Source: an uncultured delta proteobacterium (lineage in GTDB: Bacteria > Desulfobacterota > Binatia > UBA9968). Taken from it: a DNA stretch of 51,506 nt. Every line of letters begins with the position of its first letter. Position 1 is the first letter of the stretch. The notes under the pieces were generated by a model. It did not search any database. It worked only from the letters and a program-made list of their open reading frames with translations, and was not told where the DNA came from. Below, piece by piece: positions 1 through 8,998 of the stretch. Both the position numbers and the translations under genes were made by a program. The stretch spans positions 1-51,506 of the forward strand of contig CAVWLW010000062.1 in the NCBI GenBank assembly GCA_963755715.1, in the 5' to 3' direction.

Positions 1-66
1 TTACGCAACGTGGGCCAGTCTGGATACCAGGCTCCCGCTGCAATTTGGCACTGAGGAGAAAACAAA

Positions 67-1260
67 ATGAAAAATCGTAACCGCCTCATTTACGACTGCT
101 TAGTGGTGTTCGCAATAATCATGACTGCCGGATGCTCGACGGGAACGAGTAATTCGCGCGCTCCGCTGGTCATCGCTGAACAAGGCTTCTTCTTCGTGGG
201 CGGTCGCTACGTTCCCGTCGCCAAGGATGACTACATCATGGCCGACCAGATGTACGTGCACTATCAGATCCCGCACGAAAAAAAGCATCCCTATCCGATC
301 ATCATGATTCACGGCGGCGGGCAGACGGCGAACAACTTTGAGAGCACGCCCGATGGCCGAGAAGGTTGGGCGACCAATTTTCTCCGCGCCGGATTCGCTG
401 TTTATCTCGTCGACCAACCCGGCCGAGCGCGCTCGCCCTATCAACCTGAAGTCTACGGCCCGCTTGCCAACGGTTCCCGCGCCAAGGCTGGGGTCGAGCA
501 ACGTTTCACCGCGCCGCAGCAGGAAAATCTTTATCCCCAAGCGCGACTGCACACTCAATGGCCCGGCAGCGGCACCAAAGGCGATCCGGTCTTCGATCAA
601 TTTTTTGCCTCACAAGTTTCGGGAATCAGCGACGGCGCAGTCAGCGAAAAATTGAACCAAGCCGCAGTGGCCGCGCTGCTCGACAAAATCGGCCCAGCGA
701 TCGTCCTCACCCATTCCATGTCGGGAACCTCCGGCTGGCTGATCGCCGACTCGCGCCCCAATCTCGTCAAAGGCATCGTCGGCATTGAACCGAGCAGTCC
801 GCCGTTTCGCAACTTGGAGGAGATCGGGCCGCCCGACTGGTTTCGCTATTCGCGAAACCTCGACAAGCCCTGGGGCATCACACGTCTCCCGATCGCCTAC
901 AGCCCGCCGGTGAAAAGCCCCGAAGAATTAAATCCGGTGCTCGAAGAAAAAGCCGATCGTCCCGATCTCACCCGCTGCTACCGTCAAAGCGAGCCGGCAC
1001 GCAAACTCGCTAAACTCGTCGGTGTGCCGATCTTAATCGTCAGCGGCGAAGCATCGTTTCACGCTCCTTGGGACCACTGCACGTCGAAGTACCTTACCCA
1101 AGCCGGCGTCGCCAACGAGCACGTACGCCTCGAAGACCACGGCATACACGGCACCGGTCATATGATGATGCTGGAAAAGAATAGTTTGGAAATTGCACAA
1201 CTCATCGCGCGCTGGCTTGAGCGACATGTGGACAATCGAGTGCCGATTCCAACGAAGTGA
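67..1260 (+). CDS. Alpha/beta-hydrolase fold lipoprotein (esterase-like)
   Basis: RBS GAGGAG upstream; lipobox-like MTAGC; HGGG oxyanion motif, VYLVDQPGR, nucleophile elbow THSMSG, C-terminal GHMMM catalytic His. Confidence 0.85.
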   Translation: MKNRNRLIYDCLVVFAIIMTAGCSTGTSNSRAPLVIAEQGFFFVGGRYVPVAKDDYIMADQMYVHYQIPHEKKHPYPIIMIHGGGQTANNFESTPDGREGWATNFLRAGFAVYLVDQPGRARSPYQPEVYGPLANGSRAKAGVEQRFTAPQQENLYPQARLHTQWPGSGTKGDPVFDQFFASQVSGISDGAVSEKLNQAAVAALLDKIGPAIVLTHSMSGTSGWLIADSRPNLVKGIVGIEPSSPPFRNLEEIGPPDWFRYSRNLDKPWGITRLPIAYSPPVKSPEELNPVLEEKADRPDLTRCYRQSEPARKLAKLVGVPILIVSGEASFHAPWDHCTSKYLTQAGVANEHVRLEDHGIHGTGHMMMLEKNSLEIAQLIARWLERHVDNRVPIPTK

Positions 1261-1333
1261 GATAACGCTCTTGCAACCAAAACCAGTCTTGACATTAATG
1301 CCGCCGCCGGCGAAGTAGCGGCAAGGTGGTCTG

Positions 1334-1732
1334 TTAGAGAATTTCGTTTAGCATGTAGAAAGCGTTGTCTTTCAGTTTGTGCCATAGCCCGCGCTTGCGC
1401 CACGCCTCAAGCTCAATTTCCTTGCAATGGGGTACGTACTTTTCGAAGACTGCATCGAGCCGCTGTGCCGTTGTTGCGTCCCGGATGCCGAGCGTAATTT
1501 CATCGTTGGTCTCGAAAGAACGGTCGTCGAAGTTGCTTGAACCGACGGCACTCCACACACCGTCAATGGTCATCACTTTCTGGTGCAGCAGCGTGTGCGG
1601 ATACTCCAGCAGACGCACGCCGCAGCGCAGAAGCTTTTCGAAGTTGCGGTGCCCGGCGTGTTGCACCATGGGATTATCGGACCCCCCAGCCGAAGGCATC
1701 ATCACGCGCACATCGACGCCCACTTCAACCAA
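1334..1732 (-). pseudogene. C-terminal fragment of a cardiolipin synthase / phospholipase D family protein
   Basis: Single HKD motif (HQKVMTIDGVWSAVGSSNFDDRS) and typical Cls C-terminus; first HKD domain missing, frame closed just upstream. Confidence 0.75.
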
Positions 1733-1875
1733 CTACAAAGTCTGATAAATTGAGCGGAATGGTTTTGCTGGCTCCCTTGCTGATCACTTTGTGCTGTGCA
1801 GCAGGCATCACGCGTTCGTACACCACCTACTGATCGGCTAAAACGTGGCGTGTTGACGTGATGGAAAGGAAAGAC

Positions 1876-2625
1876 ATGAAGAAGTCCAGGCGCCGCCAAA
1901 GAAGTTTAGTGCTATCATACCTTGTCGCCGCAGTTACAATTGCCTCAGCCGCTTTTGCCGCCAATACCGCCATTGAGCCCATGTCCCAGGCGGGCCAGGC
2001 GAACTGGATGGCCCGGTACCAGGCCATGAACGATAGAGCCAAGCAAGGCCATATCGATCTGATCTATGTAGGTGACTCCATTGTGCAGAACTACGATACA
2101 CAGGGCAAAGACACCTGGAACCGCTACTATGCCCCCCGCAACGCGTTGAATCTGGGCATCAGCGGGGATCGCACCGAACACGTCCTGTGGCGCCTCGACC
2201 ACGGCAACATCGACGGCATCTCGCCGAAACTGGCCATCGTGATGATCGGTCAGAACAACGGCGGCCGTAATACCGCCGAAGAGATCGGCGCCGGTGTTAC
2301 CGCGGTCGTGCAGAAAATCCGCGCCAAGCTTCCCACCACCAAAATCTTGATTTTGGCGATCTTCCCCCGTCGCGAGAAGCCTACCGAGGAACGCGATGTA
2401 CTCGCAAAGGCCAGTCTCCTCGCGGCCAAGCTGGCGGAGAACAAAACCATTTTCTACATGGACATCAACAAGATTTTTCTCCGTCCGGACGGGTCCATTC
2501 CGGCCGAATTGATGCCCGACTTCGAGCACCCCAGCGCAAAGGGCTACCGTATTTGGGCCGAGGCCATCGAACCCAAGGTGGCTGAACTCATAGGTGACAA
2601 GGCCATCGCTCCCGCCGCGCCATAG
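1876..2625 (+). CDS. Secreted SGNH/GDSL hydrolase (PAF-acetylhydrolase Ib-like)
   Basis: Signal peptide; blocks VGDSI, NLGISGD, IGQNN, DFEHP; RBS GGAAAGGA favours the ATG at 1876. Confidence 0.9.
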   Translation: MKKSRRRQRSLVLSYLVAAVTIASAAFAANTAIEPMSQAGQANWMARYQAMNDRAKQGHIDLIYVGDSIVQNYDTQGKDTWNRYYAPRNALNLGISGDRTEHVLWRLDHGNIDGISPKLAIVMIGQNNGGRNTAEEIGAGVTAVVQKIRAKLPTTKILILAIFPRREKPTEERDVLAKASLLAAKLAENKTIFYMDINKIFLRPDGSIPAELMPDFEHPSAKGYRIWAEAIEPKVAELIGDKAIAPAAP

Positions 2626-2719
2626 CCAATCTCGAACGCTCAATTTATAGCAGTTTGTAGCGCGGAAATACTGGCTGAGGAGCTACGCATCTCCTCGCCG
2701 TTTTCGAGCCAAAGCGACT

Positions 2720-3058
2720 AAAGGGGGTCAAGTCCGCTTTTTGCTTTTTGTTAAGGCTTCTTCAATCTTCCGCACTCTTTGCTGAAGCTGCTTCTCCTTC
2801 GCCACTCGCTCCTTCATCAGCAAATAGGCCGAGCTCACCGACGACGCTTTCCCTAGTCCAACCGTTTTGCCGATCTCTTCATGCTTGTGACCGCCCAATT
2901 GCCGGCCGAGATAAATCGCTACCATCCGTGCCTCGTTCTCCCGGCTCATGACGCTGATAGTACGCGCCGGGATATTCGATCCGTAACGGTCTGGCCATGC
3001 CGACCTTCTATTTCATCTAAATCTCGTTCAATAGCTAAAAGCGGACTTGACCCCCTTT
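2720..3058. mobile_element. Internally deleted element bounded by 22-bp perfect inverted repeats
   Basis: AAAGGGGGTCAAGTCCGCTTTT at 2720-2741 is the reverse complement of AAAAGCGGACTTGACCCCCTTT at 3037-3058. Confidence 0.75.
2728..2949 (-). pseudogene. C-terminal DnaA_C-like HTH remnant, probably of a Y1/REP-associated tyrosine transposase
   Basis: EARMVAIYLGRQLGG..EEIGKTVG....SSVSSA resembles the DnaA C-terminal HTH; the stop codon lies inside the inverted repeat; no HUH domain remains. Confidence 0.6.
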
Positions 3059-3267
3059 CTCTTTACAATCGCGGCACTCGCGCTGATGAAAAGCGCCAAT
3101 TGAAGCTCCCAAACTGAGGAGCATTCGATCTCCGACTACATATCAGAGGCGGTTGAAGCGAGATGATCTCGATGCTCGTCATCTATTGGACCAAAGTCCA
3201 ATATACAGCCTTTTAACGTTTCGGTAGGAATGAACGACTCGTGGAGACGATCTAGGAGGGAAAGAAC

Positions 3268-3864
3268 ATGAAGGCAACCGATTTGTTGGCGATGTTTTCG
3301 TTGAGTGTTGTGCTTTCTGCGTGCGGCGGCGTTCAAGCCGGCGGCAATGTTCAGTCAGGAGTACAGGCGATGCTTGCTGGCAACAATCAAACCGCCCTCA
3401 GTTATTTTCAAGCTGCCGCTCAACAAGATCCTACTTACATATACAACGCGCAGCTACAACTTGGAGTCATGAGTTATCTTGGCAGGGCCCAATACCTTAC
3501 CGGAAACTACGCGCAGGCCGTCCAGACTTTGGAGCAAGCGCGGGTTCAGAACTCGGGTGACAATCTCGCACAGCTATATCTTGGTCTGAGCCAGGCTCGT
3601 TTAGGGAACCAGCAGGCAGGGCTGCAGAATATTGCAGCCAGCATGAAACAAATTATGGTCTGGCTCAATTTCTTAAACGGGAACTATCCCGGCCAGGGTT
3701 GGGACCCCGATGGAGCAATCCAAAGCCGCATTCAAAATGCCCAGGCCATGATGTCCAGCGGCAACGTCGAGTGGTACAGACTATTCGCCGATGGAGAGGC
3801 GGTAGGGCTAGGAGTGGCACAACAGGAACAAACATTTCGCCAGCTCAACATTGACGCTACTTAG
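3268..3864 (+). CDS. TPR-repeat lipoprotein, Gln/Asn-rich
   Basis: RBS AGGAGGG; lipobox VLSAC; TPR-like helices (YLGRAQYLTGNYAQAVQTLEQA; LYLGLSQARLGN). Confidence 0.8.
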   Translation: MKATDLLAMFSLSVVLSACGGVQAGGNVQSGVQAMLAGNNQTALSYFQAAAQQDPTYIYNAQLQLGVMSYLGRAQYLTGNYAQAVQTLEQARVQNSGDNLAQLYLGLSQARLGNQQAGLQNIAASMKQIMVWLNFLNGNYPGQGWDPDGAIQSRIQNAQAMMSSGNVEWYRLFADGEAVGLGVAQQEQTFRQLNIDAT

Positions 3865-3877
3865 AGCGTGTCCATTG

Positions 3878-4083
3878 CCGGGGTCTGACATAACAATCGA
3901 TTCTGCTGAAAAACCCTCTAGGTATTACGTCATATCAATAGAATAAATGTTGACAATGGACAGAGTGGGCCTCAAGGTTTTTCCATGAGCGTGAGACCGA
4001 TCGATGGACAGAGAAGTTTTTATCATACTGATTATCTAGCTGGAAATCTTTTCGAGGAGAGGAAGGGGGACGTTGTTGATTAA
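3878..4083 (+). mobile_element. IS left-end remnant with the first ~25 codons of a transposase (IS1182-like)
   Basis: End-like CCGGGGTCTGACATAACAATC at 3878, TTGACA promoter element, then ATG at 3985 giving MSVRPIDGQRSFYHTDYLAGNLF, cut off at the 4067 repeat; family call from recollection. Confidence 0.45.
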
Positions 4084-4169
4084 GTAGACTAGTGTTGTTT
4101 CCGAAGAGTCAAATTTGCGGTTGCTAACTCTGAGGCCCTAGAGTTTGTCCAGTTAGTCAACAACGTCCC
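4067..4169. repeat. Imperfect 23-bp inverted repeat pair (MITE-like)
   Basis: GGGACGTTGTTGATTAAGTAGAC (4067-4089) versus the reverse complement of 4147-4169, GGGACGTTGTTGACTAACTGGAC; 20 of 23 match. Confidence 0.7.
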
Positions 4170-4644
4170 TCCGTGCTCTCCCGATAAGCAGCGAAAATTC
4201 TGAAGGTGGTCCGCGATGGCTGATCCCCGTCGTCGAGAAACCGACAATGCACGTCTGCTCTTCATTGACGCGAAATGTCAAATTATTGGCGTTTTGAGTA
4301 AAGTTTTTTCACCCGAAACTAGATTAGATTTACGCGTCGCATCGTCGTTCTATCGGTTACCCTAGAGCGGGCTTTTGTTAACCGCGAAGTCTTCGTGCGG
4401 AATCGCGCCGGGCGCTCGATGGGTAAGCTGTACCTTGGCGCGGTTGGCATAACGGCCTATGTGGCCCCGTGTAGTCGGCCGGCGGGAGGCAGCACCCGTA
4501 CGGGAAGAAACGAAGATGACGGGGTTCTCTCTGGTCCTTTAGATAGTTCCGAGAGAGACGGCAGGGAACTCCTGTCCCGCATGGGGGCGTCCGTGAAGCG
4601 CCCCCGCCAAATCGTGACGCTCATAACCTTTCCTCCCTATTTTT

Positions 4645-4830
4645 TTAATCAGTCTGGTACGTCCGATAGTTGATTGGTTGGTATGGCCTATTTTTATAAT
4701 AGCGCTCGCTGTTGTCCAGCGCCGAACAACCGGACAACAGCAAGGCATCGAGGATCAAGAAGCAGAGCAGAACACCCGCCCGCGCAAGACCACCCAGGAA
4801 CCGAACCCCCACTGGTGTTAAGAATCCCAT
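4645..4830 (-). CDS. Small putative lipoprotein (61 aa)
   Basis: Strong RBS AGGAGGTG; hydrophobic stretch followed by LLSGC. Confidence 0.55.
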   Translation of the reverse strand: MGFLTPVGVRFLGGLARAGVLLCFLILDALLLSGCSALDNSERYYKNRPYQPINYRTYQTD

Positions 4831-5177
4831 TCAATCACCTCCTACTTGCGCCCATGCCGAGCAACGAACAAATCAAGATAATCTCAAACTCCGACAGGTG
4901 ACTTATCGGAGACAGCCAAGCATCTTATCGCGATCCAACTCAACGCAGACTTTCAAGCGCGAGCAAGTGTTTATAGTTTCAATCTGTCTAAGTTAACGAC
5001 TATGACGCTTAATCGACCGATCCAAAATCCATAGCCAACGGACAAGCGGGCGATCCCCATGAATCTGCCATAGCGCCTGTCCCAGTAGATTCTGATTCTC
5101 ATCGTCGTTCATCCTGAAGGAGAGGTCATTTACAAACATAATCTGATTAGGTCATGCGAAAGGCTGCTCTTTGACGC

Positions 5178-5324
5178 CTACGCCGCTTCCCTCGATGCCT
5201 CGTGCTCCTCGTACGCCCTCTGCCGCCAGTCCGGCACGTAGCCGCAGTTGAGGCAGTAGAACTCCTCGGGAATGTGCTCGTGACATCGTGGGCAGCTACA
5301 CCAATCGTCCGTTTCGGCTTTCAT
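5178..5324 (-). CDS. 48-aa zinc-ribbon micro-protein (not in the ORF track)
   Basis: MKAETDDWCSCPRCHEHIPEEFYCLNCGYVPDWRQRAYEEHEASREAA; CPxC plus CxxCG knuckles; GAGGG upstream. Confidence 0.65.
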   Translation of the reverse strand: MKAETDDWCSCPRCHEHIPEEFYCLNCGYVPDWRQRAYEEHEASREAA

Positions 5325-5897
5325 GTCCCGCCCTCATTTCACTGTAGATGACCTTGCCAAGGCCTGGACTTGAAGCGTGACCAGAATCAACACCTTTTGG
5401 ACGGCCGGCCCGGTGAGGTCGTCAGCGGATTATCGAGATGAGGGATGTTTCCAGTTGGAGAGCTCTACGAGCAGTGTTGCGTTCCCCGCTCAAGCTTCTA
5501 GTCCAGGCGCGGCGTTTTAACGCAATGCTTGGGCCGATAGCGCGTTGAATATAATCGCGGACTTATATCCAGGCATATTCATGCCGAACGTAAGCTTTGA
5601 TTACAGAAATTTGGAACTTCCTGAGTTTGCACAAAAAAACCTAACATCGCAGCGCGTTACACGTGCAAGTTAAATTGTAAGCAGTCTTTACAGAATAAGA
5701 GATTGCGCGATGTTGGACTCGCTGTGCCGGATGCGAACCCGCCGAATCCATCACGTCCGCGCGGATGCGTGTTCGCGTGCACGCTCATCACTCGTCGGCG
5801 AATCGCCACGCCATATAAATTTCTTTCGTGGTCGTCAGTCGACACTTTGACCTGATGCCATCCGTATAAAAAGTTTCAGGCAAAGTCGCCGTCCGCC

Positions 5898-6134
5898 TTA
5901 CGAACCTTCAACTCCCGCGCATTGACCAGACCTCTCCAAAGTCCTGTCGAGGTTTAGGGCACAATCCGTGCACATAGGCCATTCAGCTGGGGTAAGGAAA
6001 CCGCAGCTCGATACGACATCTTTGAACTTCCTTACCCTAGCGCCACAGGGAATGTCGAAATTTAAAACATTACCCTTCTGGAACGCAGTAACTCTGGTAA
6101 TTCGCGGCATAGCCGTTGCTCTAAGCAGGCGCAT
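5898..6134 (-). CDS. Hypothetical small Cys-containing protein
   Basis: 78-aa ORF with CTDC in the accessory patch; no recognisable family. Confidence 0.25.
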   Translation of the reverse strand: MRLLRATAMPRITRVTAFQKGNVLNFDIPCGARVRKFKDVVSSCGFLTPAEWPMCTDCALNLDRTLERSGQCAGVEGS

Positions 6135-6214
6135 CAGCTCCCGCGTGATTCTAGCGAGCCGCTGGATTCGATCAAATGGGATTAAGCTAATCTTAATCCA
6201 AAAAAGGAGTTTTT

Positions 6215-6663
6215 GTGAATAACCAAGGCCAAGCCATCGTCGAGTTTACCCTTTGCGTAATCCTAATGCTCGTCATTGCGTGGATACCTGCGGACTTTGG
6301 TTGATGTTCTATACAGGGCAGCTCAGTCAGAATGCTGCGAGGGAAGGGGCTAGAGTAGCCGCAGCAGACCCTACGATGAGCACGCAGGTAGGGACATGCA
6401 CGATGCCCTGTAGTGGAGGGAGTAACTTGCTCCAGCAGGTAGCCAAGCGGGTAGCTAATGGAATCATGTCAGGCGCGAATACAAACATCACCTTGGATAC
6501 TCCAACGGGATCAATCGCTACGTGTGACCTGCGAATAAGGGTAGCGATAGGACAGGACTACAGACCATTTTTCAATAAAATCCTCAGGATGATGGGAATG
6601 ACCGTAACGGATGTGGTGAGGCTGAATCGCGTTGCCACCATGAGATACGAACACCAATGTTGA
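6215..6663 (+). CDS. TadE/TadG-like pseudopilin (1-nt frameshift near 6300)
   Basis: RBS AAGGAG and GTG at 6215 give MNNQGQAIVEFTLCVILMLVIAWIPADFG, continuing in another frame as LMFYTGQLSQNAAREGARVA; G-Q-x-x-x-E-F prepilin motif and AAREGAR are TadE hallmarks. Confidence 0.8.
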
Positions 6664-6883
6664 AGATAGCTTTTATTGTATTGGTAGCTTTGCCGTTGCT
6701 ATGTGCGCTGAATAACCCATTTGGCCCGGTGGACACGATGGGTGCAGCGGCGCTGGGCGCGGCGTGGATTGTAGGCGGGTTTAGGGTGATGAAGCGGCTT
6801 GGCCGGGGCGTAGCACAGCCGCTTAAACGTCAAATTCGAGACGCGATAGGAAAATTCATCCAATCACGCCCGCGAATGCGCTT

Positions 6884-7060
6884 TCACAGTTCCTTCCGCC
6901 CAAACAGCCACCGACCGGTAACAATCGTCAGATAGGCGAACACCAAACAGAAGGCCATGCTCGCCATAAAGCCGAACGGCTTGACCCATCGCGCTACGAT
7001 GACGATGGTCAAAACGTTGGCGACGAAAATGTAGGCGTAGAACTTGACGGCGTATGGCAT
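6884..7060 (-). CDS. 58-aa two-TM membrane micro-protein (not in the ORF track)
   Basis: MPYAVKFYAYIFVANVLTIVIVARWVKPFGFMASMAFCLVFAYLTIVTGRWLFGRKEL; GC-rich third codon positions. Confidence 0.55.
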   Translation of the reverse strand: MPYAVKFYAYIFVANVLTIVIVARWVKPFGFMASMAFCLVFAYLTIVTGRWLFGRKEL

Positions 7061-7253
7061 GACGTCAGTGCAATCAGGACCTCCGGTTGCAATACGATGG
7101 GTCGATAAGCGGCTTGCAGAAATTTAGAGTGAGCAAATTTCCTAATGAAGCTCTTTGGTTTTTGTTATGCCGGTTTCATCGGCGAAGCGAGACAAAGACT
7201 CGCGTTCGGTCGCCCATTGACTTTCCCCCCTCCGAGCACTAAACACACTTCCA

Positions 7254-7487
7254 ATGAAATACCTGCCGCTAATCCTCCCCCTCCTGCTTGCCGCCTGCGG
7301 CGTCCCCAAAATGGTCAAACCTGGAGTCCCTCAACAACAATATGCCCAGGACCATTACCAGTGCCTCCAAGAATCCAAATCGACATATAACTGGTCCTTA
7401 CTCGGCATCATCGGCCATTCCGAGGCCAGCTACGACTCAACCCTCTACAGTTCCTGCATGGAAGCACGGGGATACGCGAAAGAATAA
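7254..7487 (+). CDS. Small lipoprotein with a Cys pair
   Basis: Lipobox LLAAC; QDHYQC...YSSCMEARGY pattern typical of small exported lipoproteins; TTGACT upstream. Confidence 0.75.
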   Translation: MKYLPLILPLLLAACGVPKMVKPGVPQQQYAQDHYQCLQESKSTYNWSLLGIIGHSEASYDSTLYSSCMEARGYAKE

Positions 7488-7598
7488 ATTCATTTTGCGC
7501 CCCCCGTAGCTTAACCTGCTTCTTGTGCCATGACTGTACCACTGCGGCACCACCCGTTTCTCAGCTTGGCGATTCCTAGCAGGGAGCAATATTTTAGA

Positions 7599-8747
7599 CT
7601 ATTGTAAAGAGCTTACATTATCCAATCGCTTCACTAGGCTCTCGAACAAAATATTCGCCGCCAGTTGATTGCCTAAGCGATTCCAATGAGAATCTCTCAA
7701 TACATAAAGATCGTTCTCCTGGCCCTCTGACCTGAACCGGTCTGTCAAATCTATGTAAGAAATATCCTTTGATTGAAGGAATGACTTTAGGATGTTCTGG
7801 GCCAAATCCAGGTCATAATCCTCCATGCGCAATCGGAATCGTTCGAAGATCACCTTTAATAGGTTTTTATTGATCTGAAATACGTCGGGATATATAGCGA
7901 CAATGAATTTGATATTTCGAGATTTCAGAAGGCCGTCCATCTCGGCAATGCTCTGTAGAATATAATTGATATTCTTCTGAAAACGTCCCTTGCGTGCCGA
8001 GTTTATGTTGAAGAACTCGAGCCGGGCTCTTTCTAAATCCAAGAACGTCCCGTCGGATAAAGGTCCTCGCTCTTCTTGACTAAGAGACCCGCTGGGTTTG
8101 ACCCTTTCCGCTTTTCTCAGCTCAGTGAAAATCTTGTACTTTTGTTTTACGTAGAGAAGCAAGCGGGATTGAAAAACGATAGGGTAACCGAGAATGATGT
8201 GTTCTCGCCGCTTGTCTATGTCGATATACAAATCGTTGACAACAATTCTTTTGCGGTTTGGGTTGCCATCGATAAAATCATTACCAACAAAAAATCCTAG
8301 AATTACTAGATCAGGATGGTATTGCAGTCCATACTTCTTGAGCATCACCAACTGTTCCGCAGTCTGTGTCATTAGATAGCCTGAATTAATGACGTCAATG
8401 CGGTGATAGCCATAGTGGTTTTCGAGCTGTCGCTCGAGTATGGCCGTGTAGTTACCTTCCCGACCTCCAGCCCAGCCGAAAGAGTCACCAACGACCAAAA
8501 TTTTATAGATACCGGGTGTTTTTTGTAACGGATAGTCATCGTCGTTGAAGCCAAACTTATTCGTGATGGTTCCCTGATCGATGGGGTAATAGGCACGCAC
8601 TCGGAATCCCAAATCAGGATCGTACTCATAGAGACCTTTGAACAGATAAGGCTCCAAAACGATCATCAAAATCTCCACACAAATCAGAGGTAAAATTAAC
8701 CACAAGAAAATACGAAGCGAGAATTGAGATAGCTTCTTGGTTAACAT
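7599..8747 (-). CDS. Membrane-anchored SGNH hydrolase (AlgX/AlgJ-like)
   Basis: N-terminal TM; VVGDSF, INSG, GND, DSHWN; AT-rich codons. Confidence 0.8.
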   Translation of the reverse strand: MLTKKLSQFSLRIFLWLILPLICVEILMIVLEPYLFKGLYEYDPDLGFRVRAYYPIDQGTITNKFGFNDDDYPLQKTPGIYKILVVGDSFGWAGGREGNYTAILERQLENHYGYHRIDVINSGYLMTQTAEQLVMLKKYGLQYHPDLVILGFFVGNDFIDGNPNRKRIVVNDLYIDIDKRREHIILGYPIVFQSRLLLYVKQKYKIFTELRKAERVKPSGSLSQEERGPLSDGTFLDLERARLEFFNINSARKGRFQKNINYILQSIAEMDGLLKSRNIKFIVAIYPDVFQINKNLLKVIFERFRLRMEDYDLDLAQNILKSFLQSKDISYIDLTDRFRSEGQENDLYVLRDSHWNRLGNQLAANILFESLVKRLDNVSSLQ

Positions 8748-8847
8748 AGATGATAGTCCACAATTTTTGATGAAACGGAGCTATCAATCACGCACTAACG
8801 GGCCTAAAGTAGGCTAAACCTAAAAAGCGCCAAGTCATAGGGAGTTG

Positions 8848-8877
8848 AGAAAAGCCTGGGAAACTGGGCTTTTTCTA
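8848..8877. terminator. Intrinsic terminator-like hairpin
   Basis: AAAAGCCTGG-GAAA-CTGGGCTTTT stem with G:U pairs, flanked by A and T tracts. Confidence 0.5.
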
Positions 8878-8951
8878 TTTGAGCATGTTACCGTGTGCTA
8901 CGGTTTATTGGCTTTTCGATTCTCATTCAGTCTTGGACCTCTTGGGGAAGG

Positions 8952-8977
8952 ATTACCGGGGTCTGGACATAACAATC
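8952..8977 (+). repeat. Second copy of the IS-end-like sequence at 3874-3898
   Basis: ATTACCGGGGTCTGGACATAACAATC versus ATTGCCGGGGTCTG-ACATAACAATC. Confidence 0.65.
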
Positions 8978-8998
8978 TTATCAATCTGGCGATTGGCT

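Noticed and set aside
6657-6935. 92-aa plus-strand membrane ORF after TadE
   Set aside because: Possible, but it overlaps a better-looking minus-strand ORF and has no recognisable family; left uncalled.
3874-8977. Prophage or integron
   Set aside because: No integrase, phage structural gene or convincing attC site found.
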